DNA of 64,000 bases from Patescibacteria group bacterium (GTDB lineage Bacteria > Patescibacteriota > Patescibacteriia > UBA9570): NCBI GenBank assembly GCA_041665365.1, contig JBAYIY010000004.1, positions 8,610 to 72,609 of the forward strand, read 5' to 3'. The notes under the pieces are model-generated. The model saw nothing but the letters and a program-made list of their open reading frames with translations. It was not told the DNA's origin and did no database searches. A program made the position numbers and the translations under genes. Below, one piece after another: positions 49,227 to 58,897 of the stretch; position 1 is the first letter of the stretch; each line of letters starts with the position of its first letter.

Positions 49227-49231
49227 CTATT

Positions 49232-49609
49232 ATGTTACATACCTTAAAACCATTAGGTGAACTAGAACAACATATCATGGATGTGATGTGGGGTAATGAT
49301 TTTAATACCGTGCGGGCTGTTTATGAATCTATGCAAAACCACCGGGATATTGCTTACACTACAGTGATGACAACGATGGATCGGCTCACCAAAAAAGGTG
49401 TCTTACAACGCGTTAAAGTGGGTAAGGCTTATCAATACAAAACAGCGCAAACCGAAACTGAATTGTGTTTACATACCACTAAAGTTATGATTGACATGTT
49501 GGTCAGTAGATATGGTGATTTAGCCATTGCGCAATTTGTTGATACAGTTGATCAAATTGATCCGAAAAAATTCGCCGCTTTAAAAAAAATCGTCAATGAA
49601 CATCGCTAA
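49232..49609 (+). CDS. BlaI/MecI/CopY-family repressor
   Basis: LGELEQHIMDVMW, IAYTTVMTTMDRL..KG...R...GKAYQY; start set at MLHTLK. Confidence 0.93.
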   Translation: MLHTLKPLGELEQHIMDVMWGNDFNTVRAVYESMQNHRDIAYTTVMTTMDRLTKKGVLQRVKVGKAYQYKTAQTETELCLHTTKVMIDMLVSRYGDLAIAQFVDTVDQIDPKKFAALKKIVNEHR

Positions 49610-50477
49610 GGCCATACACCGTTTTCTCATCTCAAATTGCATTTTAGTGCTGACTACTATTTGGTTAACACTTAGTTTGGGTAATGTACTTAAACCATTT
49701 TTGCAAAACATGGTGGATCGATGGTTGGGCTATAAACAAATGTGTGGTTGTGCTAATTACGCTTTGTTTCCAACCGATACCGCCGGACGGTTTGTTCTAG
49801 GAGTATTTATCATCGCCGTCATTGGTTTAATTATTTTTAGTCTTAATGCGATCATTGCTTTTATTCGCACAAAACTTTATCAAACAAAACTATCATCTAA
49901 TCATAAACGTCATACTTTTTATCAAGGTATACAGATAAATTATATTGATAGTAATGAAACGCTAGCCGTTTGTGTTGGTTACATCCGGCCACAGGTTTAT
50001 ATTAGTCGCGGATTAATTGCGCGTTTAGATGGTTTTGAATTGTTAGCCGTCATTCAACATGAAGTGGCGCATGCTAAATCGTTTGATCCTTTAAAACGAT
50101 TATTTATTGGAGCGGTACCAATTTGGTATAAACAATATCAACGTTATGTGACCGCCCAAGAAGTGTTGGCGGATAATGCCGTGGTTAATACTACATCGAT
50201 TCGGTCGGCGTTTGTTAAAGTAGTCGAAGAACTGTGTGTCACACCAGGTGTGTCGGCGTCATTTTTTTCCACCAGTCAGGCACGCATCAATGTTTGGTTG
50301 GGCGAACGGCTTACTTTGCCGAGTAGTCGCAGCGTTGTCATTGGGTTAAGTATCATCATTACCATGTTGTTGTTTAGTTATCGCACGTTTGCGGCCGAGC
50401 CGGAGATGCAGGCTTTTGGGCAATGTTTAACGGAACAAAATATGTGTCGAACCATCATGACCTATGTGGTATCATAG
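49596..50477 (+). CDS. M56-family (BlaR1-like) membrane metallopeptidase without a penicillin-binding sensor domain
   Basis: TM helices, AVCVGYIRPQVYISRGL, HEVAH, E.LAD; extra Cys motifs MCGC and QCLTEQNMC. Confidence 0.88.
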   Translation: MNIAKAIHRFLISNCILVLTTIWLTLSLGNVLKPFLQNMVDRWLGYKQMCGCANYALFPTDTAGRFVLGVFIIAVIGLIIFSLNAIIAFIRTKLYQTKLSSNHKRHTFYQGIQINYIDSNETLAVCVGYIRPQVYISRGLIARLDGFELLAVIQHEVAHAKSFDPLKRLFIGAVPIWYKQYQRYVTAQEVLADNAVVNTTSIRSAFVKVVEELCVTPGVSASFFSTSQARINVWLGERLTLPSSRSVVIGLSIIITMLLFSYRTFAAEPEMQAFGQCLTEQNMCRTIMTYVVS

Positions 50478-51147
50478 TTTTGGAAAAGTATTAGCCTTAG
50501 TTATACTGGTGTTTATTTTACTGACTGGTTTATTATTTGGTTTATTGGTGTTTGCGCAATATCGAAATTTACAAAAACCAGTGACTCAAAATACCAACAC
50601 TATTACCAATAATAATTTATATGTCGCTCCCGATGCCGATGATGATCCGTCGCTCGGTAGTCCAGCGGCTAAAGTAACCATCATTGCTTTTGAGGATTTT
50701 CAATGTCCCTTTTGTAAAGAAGCTGAAGCCGCTCTCACAACTACCTTAAACAAATATTCTAACGATATCTATTTTGTCTATCGTGACTTTCCACTTTATA
50801 CCATTCATTTACAAGGTCGAGCTGCGGCGCAGGCGGGGGAATGTGCCGATGAGCAAGGTCAGTTTTGGGTTTGGCACGACATAGCCTATGCTAATCAATC
50901 GGCTCTGACGCAAGCGCCATTAATATTTTCCACATGGGCACAGCAAGCTGGATTAGACGTTACCAAATTTAATACCTGTATCACTAACGATACATATAAA
51001 AATGAGGTGCAGAAGGATATTGATGAAGGTTTTCTGGCTGGCGTTAGCGCTACTCCCACTTGGTTTGTGAATGGTAAAAAATATGAAGGCGTGTTAACCG
51101 AGCAGCAGTGGTCGGATATTATTGAGGCTGCTATAATCCAACCATGA
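50464..51147 (+). CDS. Membrane-anchored DsbA-family thioredoxin
   Basis: DDPSLG, FEDFQCPFC, YRDFPL, GVSATPTW. Confidence 0.92.
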   Translation: MWYHSFGKVLALVILVFILLTGLLFGLLVFAQYRNLQKPVTQNTNTITNNNLYVAPDADDDPSLGSPAAKVTIIAFEDFQCPFCKEAEAALTTTLNKYSNDIYFVYRDFPLYTIHLQGRAAAQAGECADEQGQFWVWHDIAYANQSALTQAPLIFSTWAQQAGLDVTKFNTCITNDTYKNEVQKDIDEGFLAGVSATPTWFVNGKKYEGVLTEQQWSDIIEAAIIQP

Positions 51148-51593
51148 TATATTTAGGTGCCGATCACGGCGGTTTTGCTCTTAAAGAACACCTCAAAACT
51201 GTTCTGAAAAAAAACAATTTAGAGTATGTTGATTTAGGTGCTACAGTGTTTGATCCGGAAGATGATTATCCGGATTATGCTTTTTTAGTAGCCAAAGCCG
51301 TCGCACAAGCACCGGGTGAGCGTAGAGGTGTGTTATGTTGTCGGTCAGCGGCTGGGGTAGTGATTGCGGCTAACAAAGTAATCGGTATCAGGGCAGTAGC
51401 ACCACTTAGTGTTGAAGCAGCTCAACATGCGCGCGAGCATAACGATGCTAATGTGATCGGTTTATCCGGTGACTGGTTGAACGAATCACAAGCATCGGCT
51501 ATTATGGATAAGTTCCTCGCCACACCATTTTCGAATGAGGCACGGCACATTAGACGTTTACAAAAAATTACTCAATTTGAACAACAAGTATGA
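51144..51593 (+). CDS. rpiB: Ribose-5-phosphate isomerase B
   Basis: GADHGGF, DDYPD, ANKV.GIRA, REHNDANV, RH.RR. Confidence 0.95.
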   Translation: MIYLGADHGGFALKEHLKTVLKKNNLEYVDLGATVFDPEDDYPDYAFLVAKAVAQAPGERRGVLCCRSAAGVVIAANKVIGIRAVAPLSVEAAQHAREHNDANVIGLSGDWLNESQASAIMDKFLATPFSNEARHIRRLQKITQFEQQV

Positions 51594-52216
51594 TTACAGT
51601 TTTACCAGCCATTTTAGAAAAAGATGTCGCCACGATTCAACAACGGGTTAATGCCGTGGTGGGCTTAGCTCCAGAAATTCATTTAGATATTATGGATGGT
51701 GAATTTGTTCCTAATGTGACTGTTAATGATCCGGCTATACTGGAACAAATAGATTGGAAAGGTTTACGTGTCTCGTTACATTTAATGATCCGTCATCCGG
51801 AATTGTCGATTCGGCGATGGGCGCAATCGATGGTATCTAGCATTGTGGTGCACCGTGAAGCAGTTAATAATATGGATAATATTATTGAGTTGATTCATGG
51901 TTTAGATAAACAATGTGGAGTAGCTCTTAACCCCCATACTCCTAGTTATGATGTAATTGATTATCTTGAGAAGCTTGATTTAGTGATGATTATGGGTGTA
52001 GAACCGGGTTTTGCCGCCCAAGGTTTTAACAGTGATGTTTTAGAAAAAATCAAATATCTACACACCCAAAAACCGAATTTACCAATTGCCGTGGATGGTG
52101 GTGTGAATGATCAATCGAAACCCAGTATAGTCAAAGCCGGAGCTAATATTTTATGTGCTAATAGTTATTTATTTAAAGCTAACGATATCGCAACCGCCTA
52201 TGCATCCCTTAGATAA
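51590..52216 (+). CDS. rpe: Ribulose-phosphate 3-epimerase
   Basis: HLDIMDGEFVPN, HLMI, MGVEPGF, VDGGVN. Confidence 0.95.
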   Translation: MITVLPAILEKDVATIQQRVNAVVGLAPEIHLDIMDGEFVPNVTVNDPAILEQIDWKGLRVSLHLMIRHPELSIRRWAQSMVSSIVVHREAVNNMDNIIELIHGLDKQCGVALNPHTPSYDVIDYLEKLDLVMIMGVEPGFAAQGFNSDVLEKIKYLHTQKPNLPIAVDGGVNDQSKPSIVKAGANILCANSYLFKANDIATAYASLR

Positions 52217-53003
52217 AACCGCCAAACTCATTCGTCAAGACATTTTAAAATCTTTAAATGCCGCCGGTTCTGGCCATTCAGCTGGGCCGCTCGGCATGGC
52301 TGATGTTTTTACAGCTTTGTTTTTTAAAGTCGCTAATATTCGTCCAACTGAAACAGACTGGCCGGAGCGTGATCGTATCTTGTTATCCAACGGCCATATT
52401 TGCCCCGTACTATATGCCACCATGGCACACGCCGGATATTTTCCGGTGGAAGAATTGATGACGCTGCGTAAATTGGGTAGTAGATTACAAGGGCATCCCC
52501 ATCGCACAGATTTACCGGGTTTGGATTCCACTAGTGGTCCATTAGGTTCAGGCACATCGCAAGCCGCCGGTATGGCGTTAGGTTTTAAAATGAATAAAAC
52601 CCCGCAACATGTGTGGTGTTTAACCAGTGATGGCGAGCAACAAGAAGGCAACACCTGGGAGGGAGTGATGTTTGCCGCGGCCAAAAAACTTGATAATCTC
52701 ACTGTCATCATGGATCGAAATTATATTCAGATTGATGGTAATACCGAAGATGTTATGCCGCTTGATCCATTGGCCGATAAGTATCGCGCGTTTAATTGGA
52801 ATGTATTGGAAGTTGATGGCCACGATATTGAGGCGGTAATTTCCATCATGGAGCAAAGTAAACACCTAAATCAAGCCCCGACTTTAATAATTGCTAATGT
52901 CATACCAGGTAAAGGAGTTAGCTTTATTGAAAATGATTATATTTGGCATGGTAAAGCCCCATCCAATGATGAATTAACTCGCGCTCTAAAAGAATTAGCC
53001 TAA
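52200..53003 (+). CDS. Transketolase, N-terminal subunit
   Basis: AGSGH, RDRILLSNGH, LQGHP, SDGEQQEG TPP-binding motif; start set at MHPLDK. Confidence 0.95.
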   Translation: MHPLDKTAKLIRQDILKSLNAAGSGHSAGPLGMADVFTALFFKVANIRPTETDWPERDRILLSNGHICPVLYATMAHAGYFPVEELMTLRKLGSRLQGHPHRTDLPGLDSTSGPLGSGTSQAAGMALGFKMNKTPQHVWCLTSDGEQQEGNTWEGVMFAAAKKLDNLTVIMDRNYIQIDGNTEDVMPLDPLADKYRAFNWNVLEVDGHDIEAVISIMEQSKHLNQAPTLIIANVIPGKGVSFIENDYIWHGKAPSNDELTRALKELA

Positions 53004-53007
53004 ATTT

Positions 53008-53997
53008 ATGCCAATTGTATCTTCAGCTCATTTAGTAGAAAACATTTTTGATCCTAAAGCTATTAAATATACCGGGACGCGGGATGGTTACGGTTCGGCG
53101 TTAGTAGAGTTAGGTAAACAAGATGATCGGGTAGTGGTATTGTGTGCTGATTTAAGTGAATCCACTCGCTCACATTTATTTCAACAAGCTTACCCAGAGC
53201 GTTATGTGCAAATCGGTGTGGCTGAACAGAATTTGATAACAGTGGGCGCGGGTTTAGCGGCTGTTGGTAAAGTGCCGTACATGGCGTCTTATGCCGCGTT
53301 TTCACCGGGCCGCTGTTGGGAACAAATTCGTACCACCTTTGGTTATAATAATTTACATGGCATTGTAGCTGGAGCACATGCTGGTGTGTCTGTTGGGCCA
53401 GATGGGGCTACTCATCAAGCGGTTGAGGATATTGCCACGATGCGTACCATTGCGCGCGCCACTGTGTTAGTACCCAGCGATAGTATTAGAGCTCATCAAG
53501 CGACCATGGCTACTATTACTGAACCGCATTTATGGTATATCCGTTTCGGACGTGATAAATACCCAATTTTTACTACTAATCAAACCCCTTTTACGGTGGG
53601 TAAAGCCGAAGTGTTTTATACCGGTGATGATGTGACCGTGATAGCCTGTGGACCGTTAGTATATGAAGCGTTGTTAGCAGCTAAAGAATTAGAAGCTCAA
53701 GGGATTGGCGTAGAAGTGATCGATGCTACTACAGTGAAACCACTGGATGTTGAAACAATTGTAAAATCTGTTAGAAAAACTCGGGCTGTTGTCACCGCCG
53801 AAGAGGCTAGTGTGATTGGTGGGCTAGGCGGCGCTGTGGCGGAAACATTAGCCAAACATTATCCCGCGCCGATTGAGTTTATTGGTATGCAAGATCGTTA
53901 CGGTGAATCCGGTACGGCCGACGAATTAATGACCATCTGTCACATGAAACAAGCCGATATCGTGGCCGCTATTCACACTGTGCTGAAACGTAAATGA
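53008..53997 (+). CDS. Transketolase, C-terminal subunit
   Basis: ADLSES, GVAEQN, GPDGATHQ, KPLD. Confidence 0.95.
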   Translation: MPIVSSAHLVENIFDPKAIKYTGTRDGYGSALVELGKQDDRVVVLCADLSESTRSHLFQQAYPERYVQIGVAEQNLITVGAGLAAVGKVPYMASYAAFSPGRCWEQIRTTFGYNNLHGIVAGAHAGVSVGPDGATHQAVEDIATMRTIARATVLVPSDSIRAHQATMATITEPHLWYIRFGRDKYPIFTTNQTPFTVGKAEVFYTGDDVTVIACGPLVYEALLAAKELEAQGIGVEVIDATTVKPLDVETIVKSVRKTRAVVTAEEASVIGGLGGAVAETLAKHYPAPIEFIGMQDRYGESGTADELMTICHMKQADIVAAIHTVLKRK

Positions 53998-54764
53998 CGC
54001 AGCTTGATCGTTTTATAAAACAAATAATATTTCAAGCCGGTAAAAGTGTTCGGAAAAATTATGGTGTCATCACAACCGGCACGGCCAAAACTTCACAACA
54101 TGACATTGTCACTGAGGCGGATTATGCATCAGAAAGAATTTTGATTTCAGCGATTCGAAAAAAATTTCCCTATCATAATATTCTCAGTGAAGAGAGTGGT
54201 GAGTTACGGGGTAAAAGTCAGTACACTTGGATTATTGATCCAATTGATGGCACCAGTAATTTTGCACGCCAAATACCTTTGTTTGGTATTATTGTGGCTT
54301 TAGTAAAAAATAATACCGTGACACACGGCGCGATTTACGACCCAATTCACGATGAGTACTATTATGCTAAACGAAAACACGGAAGTTACTGTAATGGTCG
54401 AAAAATTCATGTCAGCCAAGTAACCAGATTAGAAGATATGGTAGTAACCATTAGTAATGTGCGCCTGCGGAGTTCGTTGGAACAATTTGCCCATTGGCGT
54501 TCGTTGCTCGCTTTACATACCACCTATTACAAATCATTTGGCTCGGCGGCACAAACTTTCATGGCTTTAGCGTCAGGTAAAATTGACGCTTATATGATCG
54601 GTGGAGCTTACCCATGGGATATAGCCGCCGGTGGGTTGTTGGTGCAAGAAGCTGGTGGTATTATTACTCAACTAGATGGACGCACCTGGGATTGGCGTGA
54701 CAATAATCAACATATTTTAGCTACCAATAAATCATTACATAAACAACTAGTCAATATTTTATGA
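53994..54764 (+). CDS. Inositol monophosphatase (SuhB/FIG) family phosphatase
   Basis: VTEAD, SEE, WIIDPIDGTSNF, PWDIAAG. Confidence 0.92.
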   Translation: MTQLDRFIKQIIFQAGKSVRKNYGVITTGTAKTSQHDIVTEADYASERILISAIRKKFPYHNILSEESGELRGKSQYTWIIDPIDGTSNFARQIPLFGIIVALVKNNTVTHGAIYDPIHDEYYYAKRKHGSYCNGRKIHVSQVTRLEDMVVTISNVRLRSSLEQFAHWRSLLALHTTYYKSFGSAAQTFMALASGKIDAYMIGGAYPWDIAAGGLLVQEAGGIITQLDGRTWDWRDNNQHILATNKSLHKQLVNIL

Positions 54765-55714
54765 AAATATTTATCACCCGCCCGATTCCCGGTAGTGCTC
54801 TCAACATCATCAATACATTGGGGACAGTAAAATTAAGAAACAAAGATAGTGTGATTTCACGTCGTGAGCTTGAAGCCGGCGTGAAAGATTGTGATATTCT
54901 CGTACCTATCCTCACCGATAAAATTGATGATGCCTTATTATCTCAAGCACCCCGTTTAAAATTGATCGCCAATTATGGCGCTGGGTATAATAATATTGAT
55001 ATCGTGGCAGCTAAGAAACATGGTGTGGCTGTGACTAATACACCCGGTGTCCTCACAGAAACAACCGCCGAACTGACAGTGGCCTTAATGTTGGCAGTGT
55101 CTCGCCGCTTGGTAGAAACTGATGGCATTATGCGGGCAGGTAAGTATCCGGGTTGGGGACCAATGATGTATTTAGGACACGGCATTTCTGGTAAGACATT
55201 AGGTGTGATTGGCATGGGTCGAGTTGGTACCCGTGTGGCTGAAATTGCGCATCACGGTTTTGGTATGCATGTGTTGTATTACACCAAACGAAAAGAGCGG
55301 GAAGTAGAATTATCATTGGGGGCAAAAAAAGTTAGTTTAAATACACTCTTAAAAAAATCCGACGTGGTGTCTTTACATGTCCCGTTATTGCCCAATACGC
55401 AACATTTGATCGGTAAAAAACAGTTAGCCCTAATGAAATCATCAGCGTATTTAATAAACACGTCACGTGGTCCCGTAGTAGATGAAGTGGCTTTAGTACA
55501 AGCCTTAAAATCGAAACAGATCGCTGGTGCTGGTTTGGATGTTTATGAAAAAGAACCAGCTATGGTACCCGGTTTAGCCAAATTATCTAACGCTGTTTTA
55601 TTACCGCATATCGGTTCGGCCACCATTGATACCCGCACTGCTATGGCCATGGTAGTAGCAAAAAATATTAAGGCGTTTGTCCGTGGAAAAAAATTACCCA
55701 ATCAAGTTGCTTAA
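54761..55714 (+). CDS. D-glycerate dehydrogenase / glyoxylate-hydroxypyruvate reductase
   Basis: GAGYNNID, NTPGVLT, GMGRVG, INTSRG, GLDVYE.EP, PHIGSA. Confidence 0.9.
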   Translation: MKIFITRPIPGSALNIINTLGTVKLRNKDSVISRRELEAGVKDCDILVPILTDKIDDALLSQAPRLKLIANYGAGYNNIDIVAAKKHGVAVTNTPGVLTETTAELTVALMLAVSRRLVETDGIMRAGKYPGWGPMMYLGHGISGKTLGVIGMGRVGTRVAEIAHHGFGMHVLYYTKRKEREVELSLGAKKVSLNTLLKKSDVVSLHVPLLPNTQHLIGKKQLALMKSSAYLINTSRGPVVDEVALVQALKSKQIAGAGLDVYEKEPAMVPGLAKLSNAVLLPHIGSATIDTRTAMAMVVAKNIKAFVRGKKLPNQVA

Positions 55715-56939
55715 ACAGTTAGCTCAAGCAACTTTACGAGCTTTGCAGCCTGAGCAAATGGTTAAGGTTAATTTACCAAAATTAGGTGTTTATAAACATA
55801 TTTATGTCATTGGTGCCGGTAAGGCCACTTTTGGCATGGCGGTACAAATTAATAAAATGCTCGGCAAAAAGATTACCGCCGGTTATATAAATGTACCAGG
55901 CAATAGCCAACAGGCAATAGGGAAAATTATTGTACAGACGGGGTCACATCCGTTTCCAGATCAAAATACAGTACAAGCTAGTAACAATATATTGAAATTA
56001 GTACGATCTGCTGGAAAAAATGATTTAGTAATTGGCTTGTGGAGTGGGGGAGGGTCGAGTTTGTTTACTATTCCGCGGGCAGGTATCACTTTGCCACAAC
56101 AAGTTGAACTCACTAAAAAATTAATGAGAGCCGGGGCGGATATTATTGAGTTGAACACTGTGCGTAAACATATTTCACAGGTTAAAGGTGGGCAATTAGC
56201 CGCAGTGTGTTCTGCAGCGATGTTGAATTTGATTATTTCTGACGTGATTGGTGACCCGCTAGATGTTATCGCCTCAGGCCCTACCGTGGCGGATGCATCT
56301 ACCACTAAACAAGCCAGGCAAATTCTAAAAAAATATCATATCTATAATAAACCGTTAGAAAAAATTATCTTATTAGAAACTCCTAAAAAGATAAATTCAA
56401 AAAAAGTAAAGAATATCCTAATCGGTTCAAATAAAATTGCTTTAAATTATTTAGTTAAACTAGCCAAACAGAAACAGATCACACCGGTTATTATAACCGA
56501 TCGTTTATCTGGAGAAGCTAGAATTGTAGCTAAGAGATTGTGTCGTTATGCTAAAAAGATTCAAGCTATTAAACAGTTACCGGTTTTATTATTAGCCGGT
56601 GGTGAAACTACAGTGACGGTAAAAGGCAACGGTTATGGTGGGCGTAATCAAGAATTAGTATTGGCGGCTTTACCGCATTTGGCACCCGGTATCAGCCTAT
56701 TATCATTGGCCACCGACGGGGTTGATGGTTTTACACCTAAACCGGTCGCTGCCGCCTTTGGGACGTTTATTGGTGGTAAAGACGCGATTAATCGCGTCTT
56801 TACCACCAATAAATTTTTGGATAATCACGATTCCTATACAATCTTAAACAAATTGCACCAATTATTGTTTACCGGACCAACTGGTACCAATGTGGGGGAT
56901 ATCGTGCTGTTGTTGGTTGAAAAACCCCCAGTCCTGTGA
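55677..56939 (+). CDS. Type-2 glycerate kinase (MOFRL family); contains an in-frame REP palindrome
   Basis: GAGKA, SGGGSSL, VRKHISQVKGGQL, ISDV.GD, GGETTV, GGRNQE, TDGVDG, TGTNVGD. Confidence 0.92.
   Translation: MSVEKNYPIKLLKQLAQATLRALQPEQMVKVNLPKLGVYKHIYVIGAGKATFGMAVQINKMLGKKITAGYINVPGNSQQAIGKIIVQTGSHPFPDQNTVQASNNILKLVRSAGKNDLVIGLWSGGGSSLFTIPRAGITLPQQVELTKKLMRAGADIIELNTVRKHISQVKGGQLAAVCSAAMLNLIISDVIGDPLDVIASGPTVADASTTKQARQILKKYHIYNKPLEKIILLETPKKINSKKVKNILIGSNKIALNYLVKLAKQKQITPVIITDRLSGEARIVAKRLCRYAKKIQAIKQLPVLLLAGGETTVTVKGNGYGGRNQELVLAALPHLAPGISLLSLATDGVDGFTPKPVAAAFGTFIGGKDAINRVFTTNKFLDNHDSYTILNKLHQLLFTGPTGTNVGDIVLLLVEKPPVL
56766..56813. repeat. REP-like palindrome, copy 5 (perfect 48 bp), inside the glycerate kinase CDS
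   Basis: tttattggtg-GTAAAGAC-GCGATTAATCGC-GTCTTTAC-caccaataaa, translated FIGGKDAINRVFTTNK. Confidence 0.9.
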
Positions 56940-56971
56940 TACCATAGACACATAATAAATTATTTACATAT

Positions 56972-58153
56972 ATGAATTTTGCCAATCGAATTTCACGTTT
57001 AGGTACAGAACAGGCGTTTCACGTTTTAGCTCGCGCTAAAGACGCTGAGCGTCAAGGCAGGGATATGATCCACATGGAAATTGGTGATACCGATTTTCCC
57101 ACACCCCAACCAATTGTTGAGGCAGCCATTCAGGCGTTGCGCGATAATAAAACGAAATATCTACCGTCAGCTGGTTTAATGGAGTTGCGGGAGGTGCTGG
57201 CCGAACAAATGTCAGCCTCGCGTAATATTTCCGCCAAACCGGAAGAGATGGTGGTTACACCTGGTGGTAAACCGATGATTTTTTATACCCTGTTAGCCAT
57301 GGTAAATGAAGGCGACGAAGTAATTTATCCCAACCCAGGTTTTCCCACCTATGAGTCAGTGATCAATTTTATTGGAGCTAAACCAGTGGCGTTAGAAATG
57401 AAAGGGGAGAACGGTTTCAATTTTGATGTGGAAGAATTACGCAGAGTTGCCAATAAAAATACTAAATTGATTATTGTTAACTCACCGCAAAACCCCACTG
57501 GTGGCATTTTAACGCATGAATCACTCCAAGCCATTGTCGATGTAGCCAAACAATATGATGCCATGATTTTTGCCGATGAAGTTTATTCAGAATTAGTCTT
57601 TGAAGGTAAATTTGAAAGTATTCTCAGTATTCCCGGTGCCCGTGAGCGTACCATTGTGTTGGATGCTTACACTAAAACTTTTTCCATGAGTGGCTGGCGC
57701 TGCGGTTATGGTTTATGCCCAAATAAGGCCACCGCTGATGTGATTGCTAATTTGATAAACAATACCGTATCTTGTTCAGCCAACTTTGTGCAATGGGCCG
57801 GTATTGCTGCCTGGAAAGATCCTAGTATGCCAGAAGCGGTAGCCAAAATGCGCGAGGAATTAAAGAAACGCCGTGATGTGCTCTACGCTGGTTTAGAAAA
57901 CCTTGATGGTGTGTCGTGCCATTTACCACAAGGCGCCATTTATTTATTCCCGGATATTACCGGTACCGGGCGTAGTAGCCAAGATGTGTATAACTTTATG
58001 TTTGATGAAGCCAATATTGCTGTGTTACCCGGCACATCCTTTGGCCGGTTTGGTGAGGGATACATTAGATTATCGTTTGCCAACAATGCCGTACCCAGAA
58101 TTGAACAAGCCATTGCTCGCTTAGAAAAGGTCTGGCCAAAACTCATCGGCTAA
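56972..58153 (+). CDS. Class I PLP aminotransferase (aspartate aminotransferase-like)
   Basis: NSPQNPTG, DEVY, TKTFSMSGWRCGY, YIRLSFA. Confidence 0.93.
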   Translation: MNFANRISRLGTEQAFHVLARAKDAERQGRDMIHMEIGDTDFPTPQPIVEAAIQALRDNKTKYLPSAGLMELREVLAEQMSASRNISAKPEEMVVTPGGKPMIFYTLLAMVNEGDEVIYPNPGFPTYESVINFIGAKPVALEMKGENGFNFDVEELRRVANKNTKLIIVNSPQNPTGGILTHESLQAIVDVAKQYDAMIFADEVYSELVFEGKFESILSIPGARERTIVLDAYTKTFSMSGWRCGYGLCPNKATADVIANLINNTVSCSANFVQWAGIAAWKDPSMPEAVAKMREELKKRRDVLYAGLENLDGVSCHLPQGAIYLFPDITGTGRSSQDVYNFMFDEANIAVLPGTSFGRFGEGYIRLSFANNAVPRIEQAIARLEKVWPKLIG

Positions 58154-58157
58154 ATAT

Positions 58158-58895
58158 ATGCCCGAAGAGCATTTTTTTACCGCCCACACTAGTGCCCGTT
58201 TAACCTTTATTGTTGGCATTGTGATTGGTATGGTGATAATGACGGCTACCGGGTTTGGTTTTTTTGCCTATGTGTTTTCGGGTGGTGAAATAACAAGTTA
58301 TGCTATTGCGCCGTTAGATACGGAGAGTCAAATTCTCACCGAACCAATCACTCAAGTAATTGAACAAACCTCGACAGACATTTCTGGTGCTGACAACCAA
58401 ATTTTTGGTGCCAAAGAAAATTACACTATCACGCTGGTACAATATGTTGATTATGAATGTCGCTTCTGTAAAAAGTTTTTTCCGGATGTCGTGGCTTTAA
58501 CCAATGACCATAGTGATTCAGTCCGGTTAATAATAAAACAGTATCCACTGGTACAAATTCATCCTCGAGCCAAAGCGGCTAGTAGTGCAGCCACCTGTGC
58601 CGCTGCCCAAAATAAACTACTTGAGTACAGTACCGCCCTGTATGAACACCAAGCTGATTTATCCAGTGATGTTTTATTATCTTTAGCTAAAGACCAACAG
58701 TTAGATGAAAGTCAATTTAAAACTTGTCTCACTAGTAGTGCTACACTAAAACAATTAGAATCCGATGCTCAGGAGGCAAAAATTTTGGGTATTAAAACCC
58801 AACCGAATTTATTGATTATTAATAATAATGGCGATAAACAATTAATTGATGGTTACGTCAATAAAGATTATTTAGTGGGTGTGTTAGGCTTGTAA
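58158..58895 (+). CDS. Membrane-anchored DsbA-family thioredoxin
   Basis: TM anchor, YVDYECRFC, YPL..IHP, TQP cis-Pro loop. Confidence 0.88.
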   Translation: MPEEHFFTAHTSARLTFIVGIVIGMVIMTATGFGFFAYVFSGGEITSYAIAPLDTESQILTEPITQVIEQTSTDISGADNQIFGAKENYTITLVQYVDYECRFCKKFFPDVVALTNDHSDSVRLIIKQYPLVQIHPRAKAASSAATCAAAQNKLLEYSTALYEHQADLSSDVLLSLAKDQQLDESQFKTCLTSSATLKQLESDAQEAKILGIKTQPNLLIINNNGDKQLIDGYVNKDYLVGVLGL

Positions 58896-58897
58896 AT

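Noticed and set aside
168-58146. Short antisense or alternate-frame ORFs inside housekeeping genes
   Set aside because: They are shadows of well-supported genes, with no motifs or initiation signals.
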